Shown here: piece by piece, positions 19,156-29,265 of the stretch
How the letters are laid out: each line of letters opens with the position of its first letter
Numbering within the stretch: position 1 is the stretch's first letter
Source of the DNA: an uncultured Actinomycetes bacterium
GTDB taxonomy: Bacteria; Actinomycetota; Acidimicrobiia; IMCC26256; PALSA-610
Assembly: GCA_963701825.1 (NCBI GenBank)
Contig: CAVPBG010000002.1
Span: 731,669 to 795,668 of the forward strand
Direction of reading: 5' to 3'
Length of the DNA: 64,000 nucleotides
Made by a program: the position numbers and the translations under genes
Notes under the pieces: model-generated
The model's input: the letters and a program-made list of their open reading frames with translations, nothing else
The model's database searches: none
Told to the model about the DNA's origin: nothing

Positions 19156-20466
19156 CACCTGTTCGATGTAGTCGAACTCGGGCTGACCGATGATGAGCGG
19201 CGGCGCGAGTTGCACGACGGGATCACCGCGGTCGTCGGCCCGGCAGATGAGGCCCGCGTCGTACAACGCGCGGGAGAGGAAGCCGCGCAGCAGGCGCTCG
19301 CTCTCGTCGGCATTGAACGTCGTTTTGGTTGCCTTGTCCTTGACGAGCTCGATGCCGTAGAAGTAGCCCGCGCCCCGCACGTCGCCGACGATCGGGAGGT
19401 CGCGCAGCTTGTCGAGCGTGGCCTTGAACGCACCTTCGTTGGCGCGCACGTGTTCGTTCAGGCCTTCGCGTTCCATGAGGTCGAGGTTCGCGAGCGCAAC
19501 CGCGCAACTCACGGGATGGCCACCGAACGTGATGCCGTGCAGGAACGTCTTCGCGTCGCGCAGGAACGGCTCGACGATATACGGACGGGCGATGAGGCCG
19601 CCGAGGGGGGAGTAGCCCGACGTGATGCCCTTGGCCATCGTGAGGATGTCGGGCTGGTACTCGTACCGCTGCGAACCGAACCAGTATCCGAGCCGACCGA
19701 ACGCGCAGATCGTCTCGTCGGAGACGAGCAGCACGCCGGTGTCGTCGCAGATCTCGCGCACCCGCTGGAAGTAGCCCTCGGGGGGCGGGAAGCAGCCCCC
19801 CGAGTTCTGTACGGGCTCGAGGAACACCGCCGCGACCGACTCCGGGCCTTCCATCTCGATCGCGAGTGCGATCGCCTCCGCGGGGTCGATCGGCGCGGGC
19901 CGGTACGAGTTCGTGTTCGGCACGCGGATCGCGCCGGGCATCAGCGGCTCGAACGGGTGCTTGATCGCGGGGACGCCCGTGATCGACAGCGCGCCCAGGG
20001 TTGCGCCGTGGTACGCGATGTGGCGGCCGATCACCTTGTAACGGTTGGGCTGGCCGATCGCCTGGAAGTACTGGCGGGCGAGCTTCCACGCCGACTCGAC
20101 GGCTTCACTCCCACCGGTCGTGAAGAACACGCGCTCGAGATCGCCGGGCGCGAGGTCGGCGAGCCGTTCCGCGAGCTGGATCGCGCCGGTGTGGGCGTAG
20201 CTCCACACGGGGAAGTACGCGAGCTTCCGCGCTTGTTCCGCGGCCGCGTCGGCGAGCTCGTTGCGACCGTGACCGACCTGCGACACGAACAGCCCCGCGA
20301 GCCCGTCGAGGTAGCGCTTGCCGTTCTGGTCGTAGACCCACGCGCCTTCGCCCCGCACGATCACGGGGACCTCGGCGTTCGGATCCGACGACATCGGCGT
20401 GAAGTGCATCCACAAGTAGCGCTGCGCGGCAGCAGTGAGCGTCTCGGACGATGTCGTGGTCATCAC
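19117..20466 (-). CDS. class-III (omega) aminotransferase, putrescine/GABA--pyruvate aminotransferase-like
   Basis: 449 aa, intact. FTTGGSEAVE, the DE(T)ICAFGR.G motif and the TMAKG PLP-lysine context are present. It is adjacent to Lrp and aminobutyraldehyde dehydrogenase genes. Confidence 0.9.
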   Translation of the reverse strand: MMTTTSSETLTAAAQRYLWMHFTPMSSDPNAEVPVIVRGEGAWVYDQNGKRYLDGLAGLFVSQVGHGRNELADAAAEQARKLAYFPVWSYAHTGAIQLAERLADLAPGDLERVFFTTGGSEAVESAWKLARQYFQAIGQPNRYKVIGRHIAYHGATLGALSITGVPAIKHPFEPLMPGAIRVPNTNSYRPAPIDPAEAIALAIEMEGPESVAAVFLEPVQNSGGCFPPPEGYFQRVREICDDTGVLLVSDETICAFGRLGYWFGSQRYEYQPDILTMAKGITSGYSPLGGLIARPYIVEPFLRDAKTFLHGITFGGHPVSCAVALANLDLMEREGLNEHVRANEGAFKATLDKLRDLPIVGDVRGAGYFYGIELVKDKATKTTFNADESERLLRGFLSRALYDAGLICRADDRGDPVVQLAPPLIIGQPEFDYIEQVLRTVLTEAWARI

Positions 20467-20945
20467 GTTCCCCAGGAGTAGGTCTGCTTCTCGAGCCGGA
20501 GGTAGACGAACGTCTCCGTAGAGCGGATGCCGGGAATCGAGCGGATCTGGGTGTTGATCACTTCGAGCAGGTGCTCGTCGTCGCGTGCGGTCAGCTCGAC
20601 GAGCAGGTCGTAGGTGCCCGAGCAGATCACCACGTAGTCGATCTCGTGGTTGGCGCTGAGCTTGGCCGCGAGCTCGCGTACGTCGCCGTCGACCTTCACG
20701 CCGACCATCGCCTGGCGGTGGAATCCGACCCGCAGGGGATCGGTCACCGCGACGATCTGCATCACGCCCGCATCGAGGAGGCGCTGCACCCGTTGGCGTA
20801 CCGCGGCCTCCGAGAGCCCGATCGTCTTTGCAATCGAGGTGTAGGCGCGGCGACCATCGCGTTGCAGCTCCCGGATGATCTGCATCGCGACGTCGTCGAG
20901 CAGCGGACCGGGGGTGCGAATATCGTCGTCAGAAACCTGAGCCAC
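20463..20945 (-). CDS. Lrp/AsnC family transcriptional regulator
   Basis: An HTH (YTSIAKTIGLSEAAVRQRVQRL) is followed by an RAM/AsnC_trans_reg domain. It overlaps the aminotransferase start by 4 nt. Confidence 0.9.
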   Translation of the reverse strand: MAQVSDDDIRTPGPLLDDVAMQIIRELQRDGRRAYTSIAKTIGLSEAAVRQRVQRLLDAGVMQIVAVTDPLRVGFHRQAMVGVKVDGDVRELAAKLSANHEIDYVVICSGTYDLLVELTARDDEHLLEVINTQIRSIPGIRSTETFVYLRLEKQTYSWGT

Positions 20946-21034
20946 AACGAACTACTTGCATCGACAGCTGTACATCTGCGGATAATAGCGTGAACAGGCG
21001 AATCATCCCACCTGTCCCGCCGAGAGGGGTTCCG

Positions 21035-22459
21035 ATGGAAGTCGTGCAGAACGTGGTCAACGGCAAGCCGGTCGACGCCCGCGACGGCGCCACGACCCCG
21101 CTCGTCGACCCGTGTACCGGCGAGACCTACGGCAGCGCGCCCCGATCGAGCGCGGCCGATGTCGACGACGCGTTCCGCGTCGCCGACGCCGCGTTCGACG
21201 GCTGGCGGTCGGCGACCCCGTCGGAGCGCAGCCTGGCGTTGTTGCGCATGGCCGACGCGCTCGAGGCCGACGCCGATCGTTTCGTCGACGCCGAGTGCCG
21301 CAGCACGGGCAAGCCCCGCGCCCTGATGGTCGCCGACGAGATTCCGCCCGCGGTCGACCAACTCCGGTTCTTTGCCGGCGCGGCGCGCATGCTCGAAGGA
21401 CGTAGCGCGGGCGAGTACATGGCCGGGCTGACGTCGTTCATTCGCCGCGAGCCGATCGGTGTGGTCGCGCAGGTCTCGCCGTGGAACTACCCCCTGATGA
21501 TGGCGATCTGGAAGATCGGGCCCGCGCTCGCGGCCGGCAACACGGTCGTGTTGAAGCCCGCGGAGAGCACGCCCGAAACCACGGCGATGCTCGCCACCCT
21601 TGCGGCGGAGTTCCTCCCCGCGGGGGTCTTCAACGTCGTGTGCGGCGATCGCGACAGCGGACGTGCGTTGGTCGCGCACCCGACTCCCGGTCTGGTGTCG
21701 ATCACCGGCAGCGTGCGTGCGGGCATGGAGGTGGCCGCGGCCGCGGCCACCGACCTGAAGCGCGTACACCTCGAGCTCGGCGGCAACGCGCCCATCATCG
21801 TGTGTGACGACGCCGACCTGGAAGCGGCGGCGGCCGGCATCGCGGGCGCGGGCTTCTACAACGCGGGACAGGACTGCACCGCCGCGACGCGTGTACTCGC
21901 CTCCGCGGCGATCCACGATCGATTCGTCGACATGCTCGTGGCCGAGGCCGGCAACAAGAAGGTCGGCGGCCTCGACATGGCCGACGCCGATCTCGGTCCG
22001 CTGAACAACGAGAGCCAGCTCGAACGAGTGCAGGGCCTCGTGAGTCGGGTCCCGTCGCACGCCGAAGTGCTGAGCGGCGGCGGCCGGGTCGGCGCCGCGG
22101 GTTATTTCTTCGCGCCGACGGTCGTCGCCGGCCTGAAGCAGGAAGACGAGATCGTGCAGCAGGAGGTGTTCGGCCCCGTGATCACGGTCCAACGTTTCAC
22201 CGAGCTCGGCGACGCGGTGCGGGACGCGAACGGGACCGAGTACGGGCTGTCGTCGAGCGTGTGGACCCGCGATCACGCCAACGCGATGCGCCTCTCCGCC
22301 GCGCTCGACTTCGGGTGCGTGTGGATCAACACGCACATCCCGTTGGTGGCCGAGATGCCGCACGGCGGCTTCAAGCACTCGGGCTACGGCAAGGATCTCT
22401 CCATGTACGCGCTCGACGACTACACGCGCGTCAAGCACGTGATGAGCTCGATCGAATAG
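21035..22459 (+). CDS. NAD-dependent aldehyde dehydrogenase (gamma-aminobutyraldehyde dehydrogenase-like)
   Basis: VSPWNYP, ELGGNAP and GQDCTAATR (catalytic Cys) motifs are present. The ATG at 21035 is preceded by GAGAGGGG. The track ORF starts 45 nt earlier. Confidence 0.9.
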   Translation: MEVVQNVVNGKPVDARDGATTPLVDPCTGETYGSAPRSSAADVDDAFRVADAAFDGWRSATPSERSLALLRMADALEADADRFVDAECRSTGKPRALMVADEIPPAVDQLRFFAGAARMLEGRSAGEYMAGLTSFIRREPIGVVAQVSPWNYPLMMAIWKIGPALAAGNTVVLKPAESTPETTAMLATLAAEFLPAGVFNVVCGDRDSGRALVAHPTPGLVSITGSVRAGMEVAAAAATDLKRVHLELGGNAPIIVCDDADLEAAAAGIAGAGFYNAGQDCTAATRVLASAAIHDRFVDMLVAEAGNKKVGGLDMADADLGPLNNESQLERVQGLVSRVPSHAEVLSGGGRVGAAGYFFAPTVVAGLKQEDEIVQQEVFGPVITVQRFTELGDAVRDANGTEYGLSSSVWTRDHANAMRLSAALDFGCVWINTHIPLVAEMPHGGFKHSGYGKDLSMYALDDYTRVKHVMSSIE

Positions 22460-22465
22460 CGCGTT

Positions 22466-23758
22466 TCAGCCGCGGATCGCGGCGTCAAGCACGTCGAGGC
22501 CCTCTTCGAGCAGCGCGTCGTCGAGGACGAGCGGGGGCAGCAGGCGCACGACGTTGCCGAGCGTGCCCGCGGTCAACACGATCACGCCTTGGCTGTGACA
22601 CGTCGCGCAGATCTGCTTGGCGCGATCGGCGTCGGGTGTGCCGTCGTCGTGCACGAGCTCGATCGCGACCATCGCACCCCGGCCGCGCACGTCGCCCACG
22701 CCCGTCGTGGCTTGTTGCGTCGCGGCCAGTCGTTCGATCATGCGCGTTCCGAGCTGTTGCGCGTGCTCGACGAGCCCTTCCTTCTCGATCACCTCGATCG
22801 TGGCCAGCGCGGCCGCGCACGACACGGGGTTGCCGCCGAACGTGCTGCCGAGGCCGCCCGCGTGCACCGCCTCCATGATCTCGGCCCGCCCGGTCACGCC
22901 CGCGATCGGCATGCCCCCGCCGAGGCCCTTGGCGGTGGTGACGAGATCGGGCACGACGCCTTCGTGCTCGCTCGCGAACCACGCGCCCGTCCGGCCGAAG
23001 CCCGTCTGCACCTCGTCGGCCACGAACACGACTCCGTGGGCCCGGCACCACTGCGCGAGCCCGGCGAACCAGCCCGGCTCCGGCACCACGAACCCGCCTT
23101 CACCGGCGATGGGCTCGACCACCACGCAGGCAACCTGGCTGGGGTCGACGCTCGCCTCCATCCAGGCGAGAGTGTCGGCGAGTGCGCCGGTGCCGCGGAA
23201 CGGGTAGGAGAACGGCGCCCGGTAGATCTCGGGTGCATACGGGCCGAACGACTTCTTGTAGGGGACGACCTTGGCGGTGAGGGAGAGGCCGAGCAGTGTG
23301 CGGCCGTGGAAGGCCTGGTCGAAGGCGATGACGGCGGAGCGGCCGGTGGCCGAGCGGGCGATCTTCACCGCGTTCTCGACCGCTTCCGCGCCCGAGTTCA
23401 CGAGCAACGAGCGCTTCTCGTGAGTGCCGGGCGTGCGCTCGGCGAGCTGCTCGCACACGGCGACGTAATCTTCGTACGGCGTCACCTGGAAACACGTGTG
23501 CACGAACCGCGCGGCCTGCTCGGCGATCGCGGCCGAGACCGCGGGGTGCGCGTGCCCGACGTTCACGACCGCGATGCCCGCGCCGAGATCGATGAGGCGA
23601 TTCCCGTCGACGTCTTCGACGATGCCGCCCTGCGCGCGCTGCACGAAGACGGGAAGCGTCGTGCCGACTCCCGCGGGCACCGCCTGCGTGCGCCGTTCCC
23701 ACAGCGCCCGCGAACGGGGGCCCGGGATCTCGGTGACGATCTTGCGCTGCTGTTCCAT
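22466..23758 (-). CDS. gabT: 4-aminobutyrate--2-oxoglutarate transaminase
   Basis: 430 aa, intact. The sequence is GabT-like throughout (NSGAEAVENAVKIAR, FHGRT, DEVQTGFGRTG, TTAKGLGGG). Confidence 0.85.
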   Translation of the reverse strand: MEQQRKIVTEIPGPRSRALWERRTQAVPAGVGTTLPVFVQRAQGGIVEDVDGNRLIDLGAGIAVVNVGHAHPAVSAAIAEQAARFVHTCFQVTPYEDYVAVCEQLAERTPGTHEKRSLLVNSGAEAVENAVKIARSATGRSAVIAFDQAFHGRTLLGLSLTAKVVPYKKSFGPYAPEIYRAPFSYPFRGTGALADTLAWMEASVDPSQVACVVVEPIAGEGGFVVPEPGWFAGLAQWCRAHGVVFVADEVQTGFGRTGAWFASEHEGVVPDLVTTAKGLGGGMPIAGVTGRAEIMEAVHAGGLGSTFGGNPVSCAAALATIEVIEKEGLVEHAQQLGTRMIERLAATQQATTGVGDVRGRGAMVAIELVHDDGTPDADRAKQICATCHSQGVIVLTAGTLGNVVRLLPPLVLDDALLEEGLDVLDAAIRG

Positions 23759-23825
23759 GCGGCCTCCCGCCGAGCAGGTGTGACCGAAACGCTACCCGTC
23801 TTCCGAATTCCGACCACCAGCAGGA

Positions 23826-24131
23826 GTGACAATGCGCAAATATTCGGTTCGGCCCGCGATCACCCTGCGGGGACGAAAGTTCAAGGGCCTCCGGGGCTTC
23901 GCGGGCAAGCCGTTCCACCCGCCGCTGACCGACATCCCGATCGGCGCCTACATCATCGCGGCGGCGTTCGACGTGGTCTCGGTGATCGCCGCGCTCGTCA
24001 GTTCGGGCGCGACCTACGGCGGCAGCCTGGTCTTCGACTACGGGTTCAACGTCGAGACTGCGGGTGACAGCCCGGTGTGGCACACGTCGGAGACCGACGT
24101 GTTCCCCGGCGACCACGGGGACGCGAACTAG
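23826..24131 (+). CDS. DUF2231-like membrane protein remnant (apparent internal in-frame deletion)
   Basis: The N-terminus (RGRKFKGLRGFAGKPFHPPLTDIPIGAYIIAAAFDVVSVIA) and C-terminus (GATYGGSLVFDYGFNVE) match the ends of roughly 190-aa DUF2231 proteins as I remember them. Only 101 aa are encoded, so the middle TM helices seem to be missing. Confidence 0.55.
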   Translation: MTMRKYSVRPAITLRGRKFKGLRGFAGKPFHPPLTDIPIGAYIIAAAFDVVSVIAALVSSGATYGGSLVFDYGFNVETAGDSPVWHTSETDVFPGDHGDAN

Positions 24132-24616
24132 GCGGGTGCGAACGGATCGGCGGGGAAGGCGAACACTTCACCGCGGCCGCTGCGCGCCAGCGACTGGTAG
24201 TCGCGGCGGGCGAACCACCAGCGGCCGTCGACGCGGCGGTAGTCGTCCTGGTAGACGCCGAAGGCCTGAGTGGAGTGGCCCGAGGCCGCGTCCTGGCGGA
24301 GCTCGCAGATGTAGAGGCGCGCGGTGGCCCGATCCGGGTCGCCGCCCGCGCGCAGCGCAACCCGCGTGCTGAGCGGGACGAACTCGAAGAACTCGAAGCG
24401 TTCGACGGCGGTGCCGATGAAGTCGCCGACCGCTTGCGGGCCGGTCATCGCGATCACTGCGTTCGTGACGGTATCGACGCGCACCGGCGCGTCGGGCAGG
24501 AACATGTCGTGGAACTCGGCCCACGCCCGGCGCGTCACCGCGTCGGCGTACGCGTTCTGCAGACGCGTGATCGCGACGTAGTCGATCGTGTCGCGCAGTT
24601 CTTCGTCGTCGGGCAT
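24128..24616 (-). CDS. nuclear transport factor 2 (SnoaL-like) family protein
   Basis: The ATG at 24616 gives MPDDEELRDTIDYVAITRLQNAYADAV, a typical SnoaL_4 start. 162 aa. The upstream part of the 298-aa track ORF is Arg-rich and spurious. Confidence 0.8.
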   Translation of the reverse strand: MPDDEELRDTIDYVAITRLQNAYADAVTRRAWAEFHDMFLPDAPVRVDTVTNAVIAMTGPQAVGDFIGTAVERFEFFEFVPLSTRVALRAGGDPDRATARLYICELRQDAASGHSTQAFGVYQDDYRRVDGRWWFARRDYQSLARSGRGEVFAFPADPFAPA

Positions 24617-24621
24617 CCGGA

Positions 24622-25107
24622 TCAGGCGCCGGGACGGGTGAAGTCGCGGTTCGGGTGCTTGGGCGGGATCGCTTCGGCCGCGACCTTGGCCTTGCTTTCC
24701 TTCATGTCCTCGAACACATGCACCATGTTGAGGAGGTCCTCCTCGTAGGAGAACTTGCCGTTGCCCGCGTACACGAGCGTCGACACGCCCGACTGCACGT
24801 ACGGCCGGCCGTCGGCACGCTTCCCCGGCAACACCTGCGTCCATTTGATGACGACGAGGTCGCCGTCGATCATGTAGAAGTCGACCGGGAACTTCCAGTC
24901 CTCGAAGCCGCTCATCGCGTCGCCGAACACCGTGGCGAGCATCTCCTCGATGCCCTGCACTCGCCCCCACGCGGGATCGATGAAGACCGCGTCGTCGGTG
25001 AAGTACTGCGCCAGCGCGCTCCACTTGTCGCCGCCGGCATCGATGACCTCGCGCGTCTTGACGTAGCGCTTGACCGTCGCTTCGACTTCCTCGCGGGGAT
25101 GGGGCAT
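24622..25107 (-). CDS. nuclear transport factor 2 (SnoaL-like) family protein
   Basis: 161-aa intact ORF with NTF2-like pattern (VKRYV...FTDDAVFIDPAWGRVQG). It lies directly upstream of its paralogue. Confidence 0.8.
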   Translation of the reverse strand: MPHPREEVEATVKRYVKTREVIDAGGDKWSALAQYFTDDAVFIDPAWGRVQGIEEMLATVFGDAMSGFEDWKFPVDFYMIDGDLVVIKWTQVLPGKRADGRPYVQSGVSTLVYAGNGKFSYEEDLLNMVHVFEDMKESKAKVAAEAIPPKHPNRDFTRPGA

Positions 25108-25141
25108 GGGCGGCCTTCCTGAGAGTGGTGGTGTCGGGAAT

Positions 25142-28019
25142 CTATGCCGTCGGCGCGTCGGTGATCACGGCGACGATCTCGTCGCCGTAGCGCTCGAGCT
25201 TGGTCGGGCCGATGCCGGTGCAGCGGGCGAGCTCGTCCAGCGACTCGGGGCGGCGGTCGGCGATGCCCTCCAGGTGCGCGTCGCTGAGCACGATGTACGC
25301 GGGGACACGGTCGCTGGCGGCGCGTTGCTTGCGCCAGGACTTGAGCGCATCGACGAGCTCCGGCGACGCGTGGGTCACGTCGGTGCCGCGGCCCCGCATC
25401 AGCTGCGCGCGCCGGCCGTCGAGCTCGACCCGCTCGCCGTAGGGAATGACGATTCGGGTGCCGTTGGCGTCTTCGAGCACCGCCGCGTCGACCCGCATCT
25501 CGACGATCGAGCCCGTCGACCCTGCGAACGAGATCGAGAGGCCGAGCTCGGCGTCGATGGTGTTGCGCGCCCGCGGTGTGGTGACCGCGGGCTCCATGGC
25601 GGCGCGGGCGCGCGCCACACGCACCGATTCGGGCGGCGCCGGTTCGAGGAGCTCGTCGAGGAACGGTCGGCGGGCCGTCTCGTCGGCGATCACCTTCACC
25701 GCGGTATCGCCGCGCGTGATGGCGACGTGGAAGATACGGCGTTCCTCTTCGAGATCGTCGGCCAGCGCGTGCGGCATGAGCCCGTCGTGCGCGCCGAGCA
25801 CGACGACGTACGGCCACTCCATTCCCTTCACGCGATGCACGGTCGACAGCGCCACGCCCGCGCTGCTCGCCGGTTCGTTGGTCGCGCGCAATCGGGTGCG
25901 GAGCCAGGGCTCGAACGACGCGGGGTCGGGCTCGAACGTGGCGACCGCGATGAGGGCGTTCAGATCGTCGCGGTGACTCGCGTCCGGGGTCTTGCCCGAG
26001 AGGTCGAGGGTCGCGAGCGCGGCGCCGAGGCCCACATCGTCGCGGATGCGCGTCAGGAGCTTGTCGGTGGTGGCGCCGCTGTCGAAGGCGCGGCCCAAGC
26101 CGTCGAGATCGTCGCAGAACATCTCGAACTTGGTCGCGGCCATGCCGGTGAGGCCGTCGATCTCGCGTCGGAGCTGCGTCATCGTCCACTGCCGCTTGCG
26201 TTCGAGGCGTTGCAAGACCTCGCGCCGCAACGAACGACTCGGCCGGCGCGCGGCAAGCGCAAGGTCGGCGCCGTGGAAGCCGGTGGAGTTGCCGGCCGCG
26301 AGCGCCAGCCGGAGGTAGGCGAGCGCGGTGCGCGTGCCGGTGCGGTTCAACACCGCGATGCTGACGGGCGTCCAGCTCGGAACGTCGGCTTCGCCCAACA
26401 GGAGTTGCGCGGGGAGCAACACCGAGTTCACGCGCCCGAGCACCGCGATGTCGGTCGGCGCCGCGCCGGCCGCGAGCCACGCCACGACCTGGTCGGCGGC
26501 CGCGTGCGCGACGCGCTCGGGCGCGGCCGTCTCGACCGCGAGCGCGTCGGGCCCGCTCGGCGCCTTGGCCGCGACGATCGCCTTGTCGATCCGGCGCCGG
26601 TTGTACGAGAGCAGATTGCGCGTGGCCGACACGACCGCTTCCGGGCAGCGGTAGTTCGTCGACAGCGCGTGGTGTGTGCCGCCGGGGAAGTAGCGGTCGT
26701 AGTTGATGAGGAACTCGGGATCGGCACCCGCGTAGCCGTAGATCACCTGGTCGTCGTCGCCGACGCCGAAGACGTCGTACGCGGGCGCGGCGACGAGGCG
26801 CAGCAGGAGCAGTTGCGCGGGAGTCAGGTCTTGGAACTCGTCGACCAGCAAGTGGCGCGCTTCTTGTTGGAACGCGCGGCGGATGTCGGGTGCGTGCAGC
26901 AACACTTCGATCGCGCCGTAGATCTGCTCGTCGTGGTCGATCGCGTGATCGGCGTGCAGCTTGTCGCGGTACTCGTCGAACATCGCGCCGAAACCGGCGA
27001 CGTCGTCGCGTTGGGCCTCGACCACGTTCGGGTCGATGAGCCCGAGTCGAACCTCGCTCAATGCTTCGAGATACGGCGCGTACATGTCGGTGTTCGCCCT
27101 CGGCTTCACCGGCACGAGGGTTTCGATGCGCCGCCGCATCTCCCATTCGTCGATGAGGTTGGTGTTGCCGCCCGCGCGGCGGAGCACGTCGTTGCCGAGG
27201 GAGTGCAGCGTGCGGATCCGGCGCCGGGCCGCGTCGCGAATCTCGCCGAGCCGTTCCTGCATCGTGTCCTTGGCCCGCACGTTGTACGCGACCGCGGTGA
27301 TCGACTTCGGGCTCCAACCACGATCGACGAGCAGACGGAAGCGTTCGGTCAGCACGCGGGTCTTGCCCGAACCCGCGGGCGCGATGACCCGCGCCGCGCC
27401 CGCGTCGTGCACAACTGCGGCGAGCTGATCTGCGGCAAGCTCCGCGTCGGTGGTGACCGTGCGATCGGGATCGAGCGTGCGCTGTTCGAGGTTGTTGCGA
27501 TGGATGAGGACGTGACCGTCGGGCACCGCGGTGGCGCCCGCGCGGCCCGCCGTCGCACCAGGCGGGCGTGCCGTCGGCGAGCACGATGTCGGCCGTGTCG
27601 CCGGTCGTCGCGCCGAGGCGCTGCGCTTCGAGCGTGGGACCCCAGGCCATGCGGCCGACGCGGTCGTCGTAGTTGTTGGCCCGCGTGAGGAAGTAGAGGC
27701 GTTCGCGCCGGAACTCGAAACGAGGGGAGAGGGCCCACGGCGCCGGGCCGAGCTCCATCTCGGGCGCGCGCAGATCGTCGACCGAGCACTGCAGCTCCAC
27801 CACGACCGGGCTGCGCTGCGACCACTTCTCGTGCAACGCGTCGACGGCGGCCGACGGTGCGCGGAGTGTCGCGTCGTCGATCACCACCCGATCCGCGCCC
27901 GCCCAGTGTTCGGGCGCGGGCGCGCCGGCCGCGACGATCACGCCCCGCCCGAGGCGGGTGATCACCTCCGCGTCAGGAAGCTCGGCCACGCCCCGCATCA
28001 TGCCCGAGCCGTGAGACAC
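25142..28019 (-). pseudogene. UvrD/Rep-family ATP-dependent DNA helicase with ~165-aa N-terminal extension and C-terminal HRDC domain; apparent frameshift
   Basis: Walker A APAGSGKTRVL, LLVDEFQD, TNYRC, STVHRVKGMEWPYVVV and FHVAITRG are present. The C-terminus, ELVDALKSWRKQRAASDRVPAYIVLSDAHLEGIA..LARCTGIGPTKLERYG, is HRDC-like. The N-terminal extension (MSHGSG..TPAWCDGGPR) is in the 28019 frame and joins the helicase frame by a net +1 shift near 27540. Confidence 0.85.
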
Positions 28020-28040
28020 CCCTGAGGGTGTCCGACCTTC

Positions 28041-29238
28041 CTAGCCGAGCTCGTTGCCGACGATGGAGACGAACGAGACCATCTCGCCGGGGTAGCCGCC
28101 GAGGTTGTGGGTGAGGGCCAGACCCCGGTCGGCATGCGCGATCGTGCGCTCGGCCGGCGCTTCGCCGCGCAGCTGCAGCCACGCCTCGAACACCATGCGC
28201 AGACCGGAGGCGCCGACCGGGTGGCCGAAGCTCTTCAGGCCGCCGTCGGGGTTCACCGGGAGTGCGCCTTCGAGGTCGAACGTGCCGTCGAGCACTTCCT
28301 TCCACGCGGTGCCGCGCTCGGCAAACTGCAGGTCTTCGTAGATGAGGAGCTCGGCGGGCGTGAAGCAGTCGTGCACCTCGGCCATCGCGAGTTGCTCGCG
28401 CGGGTTCGTGATGCCGGCCTGCGCGTACGCGTCGCGTCCGGTGGCGGCGATCTCGGGGAACGTCGTGTAGTCGTAATCCGGGTCGGCGTTGCCCGAGCAG
28501 TTGCCGGCGACGAGCGACAGCGCCTTGATGTAGATCGGCTTGTCGGTGTACTTCAACGCGTCTTCGGCGCGCACGATGATCGCGGCGGCGGAACCGTCGG
28601 CCACACCCGAGCAGTCGTAGACGCCGAGCCCGCCGGCCATGAGCGGCGCGTTGCAGATGGTCTCCATCGAGACCTCTTTGCGGAACTGCGCCCGCGGGTT
28701 ACGCGCACCGTTGTAGTGGTTCTTCCACGCGATGCGGGCGAGGACCTCGCGCATCTGCGCCTCATCGAGGCCGTACTTCTTGCCGTAGCCGGGCGAGCAC
28801 ATTGCGAACATCGCCGCCGCGGTCAGCGTGCGGCCGGTGCCGTCGGTCGGTGTCTTGGCCGCGCCGACGAGCCCTTGGTAGCCGCTGTCCTTGACCTTCT
28901 CGACGCCGATCGCCATCGCCACGTCGTACGCGCCGCTCGCCACGGAGTAGGCCGCGTTGCGCAACGCTTCCGATGCAGTCGCGCAGAAGTTCTCGACGTG
29001 GGTCACCGGCTTGTCGTGCAACTGCAGTGGGCGGGCGAGCGCCATGCCGCTCATGCCCGACATTGCGGTACCGAGCCAGTACGCGTCGATGTCTTCCTTC
29101 TTGAGCCCGGCCGACGGCCAAGGTGGCTTCGTTGGCGTCGACGAGGAGATCGTCGGTGCCCTTGTTCCAGTGCTCACCGAACGGCGTGCAACCCATGCCG
29201 ACGATGGCAACGCGGTCTTTGATGCCGTGCGAACCCAT
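28041..29238 (-). pseudogene. SCP-x/Ltp-type thiolase-like protein; apparent frameshift
   Basis: The N-terminus MGSHGIKDRVAIVGMGCTPFGEHWNKGTDDLLVDANEATLA (29238 frame) joins AGLKKEDIDAYWLGTAMSG... (29210 frame) by a net +1 shift near 29112. NFCATASEAL (active-site Cys), CSGVADGSAA and THNLGG are present. Confidence 0.85.
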
Positions 29239-29265
29239 GTGTGTTCTCCTTCGTTCCGCCCTGTC

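Noticed and set aside
20762-24116. Several 300-560-aa ORFs (20762..22438 -, 22589..24067 +, 23100..24116 -) overlapping the ALDH and gabT genes
   Set aside because: They run opposite-strand or off-frame to intact, motif-rich enzymes, and their composition is typical of GC3-driven open frames.
24912-28019. 1035-aa single ORF, and 872-aa antisense ORF (25070..27688), across the helicase locus
   Set aside because: In the 28019 frame only the first ~165 aa are protein-like. Downstream of ~27540 the sequence becomes Arg/Pro/Gly junk, while the 27526 frame carries every helicase motif. The plus-strand ORF is an antisense shadow.
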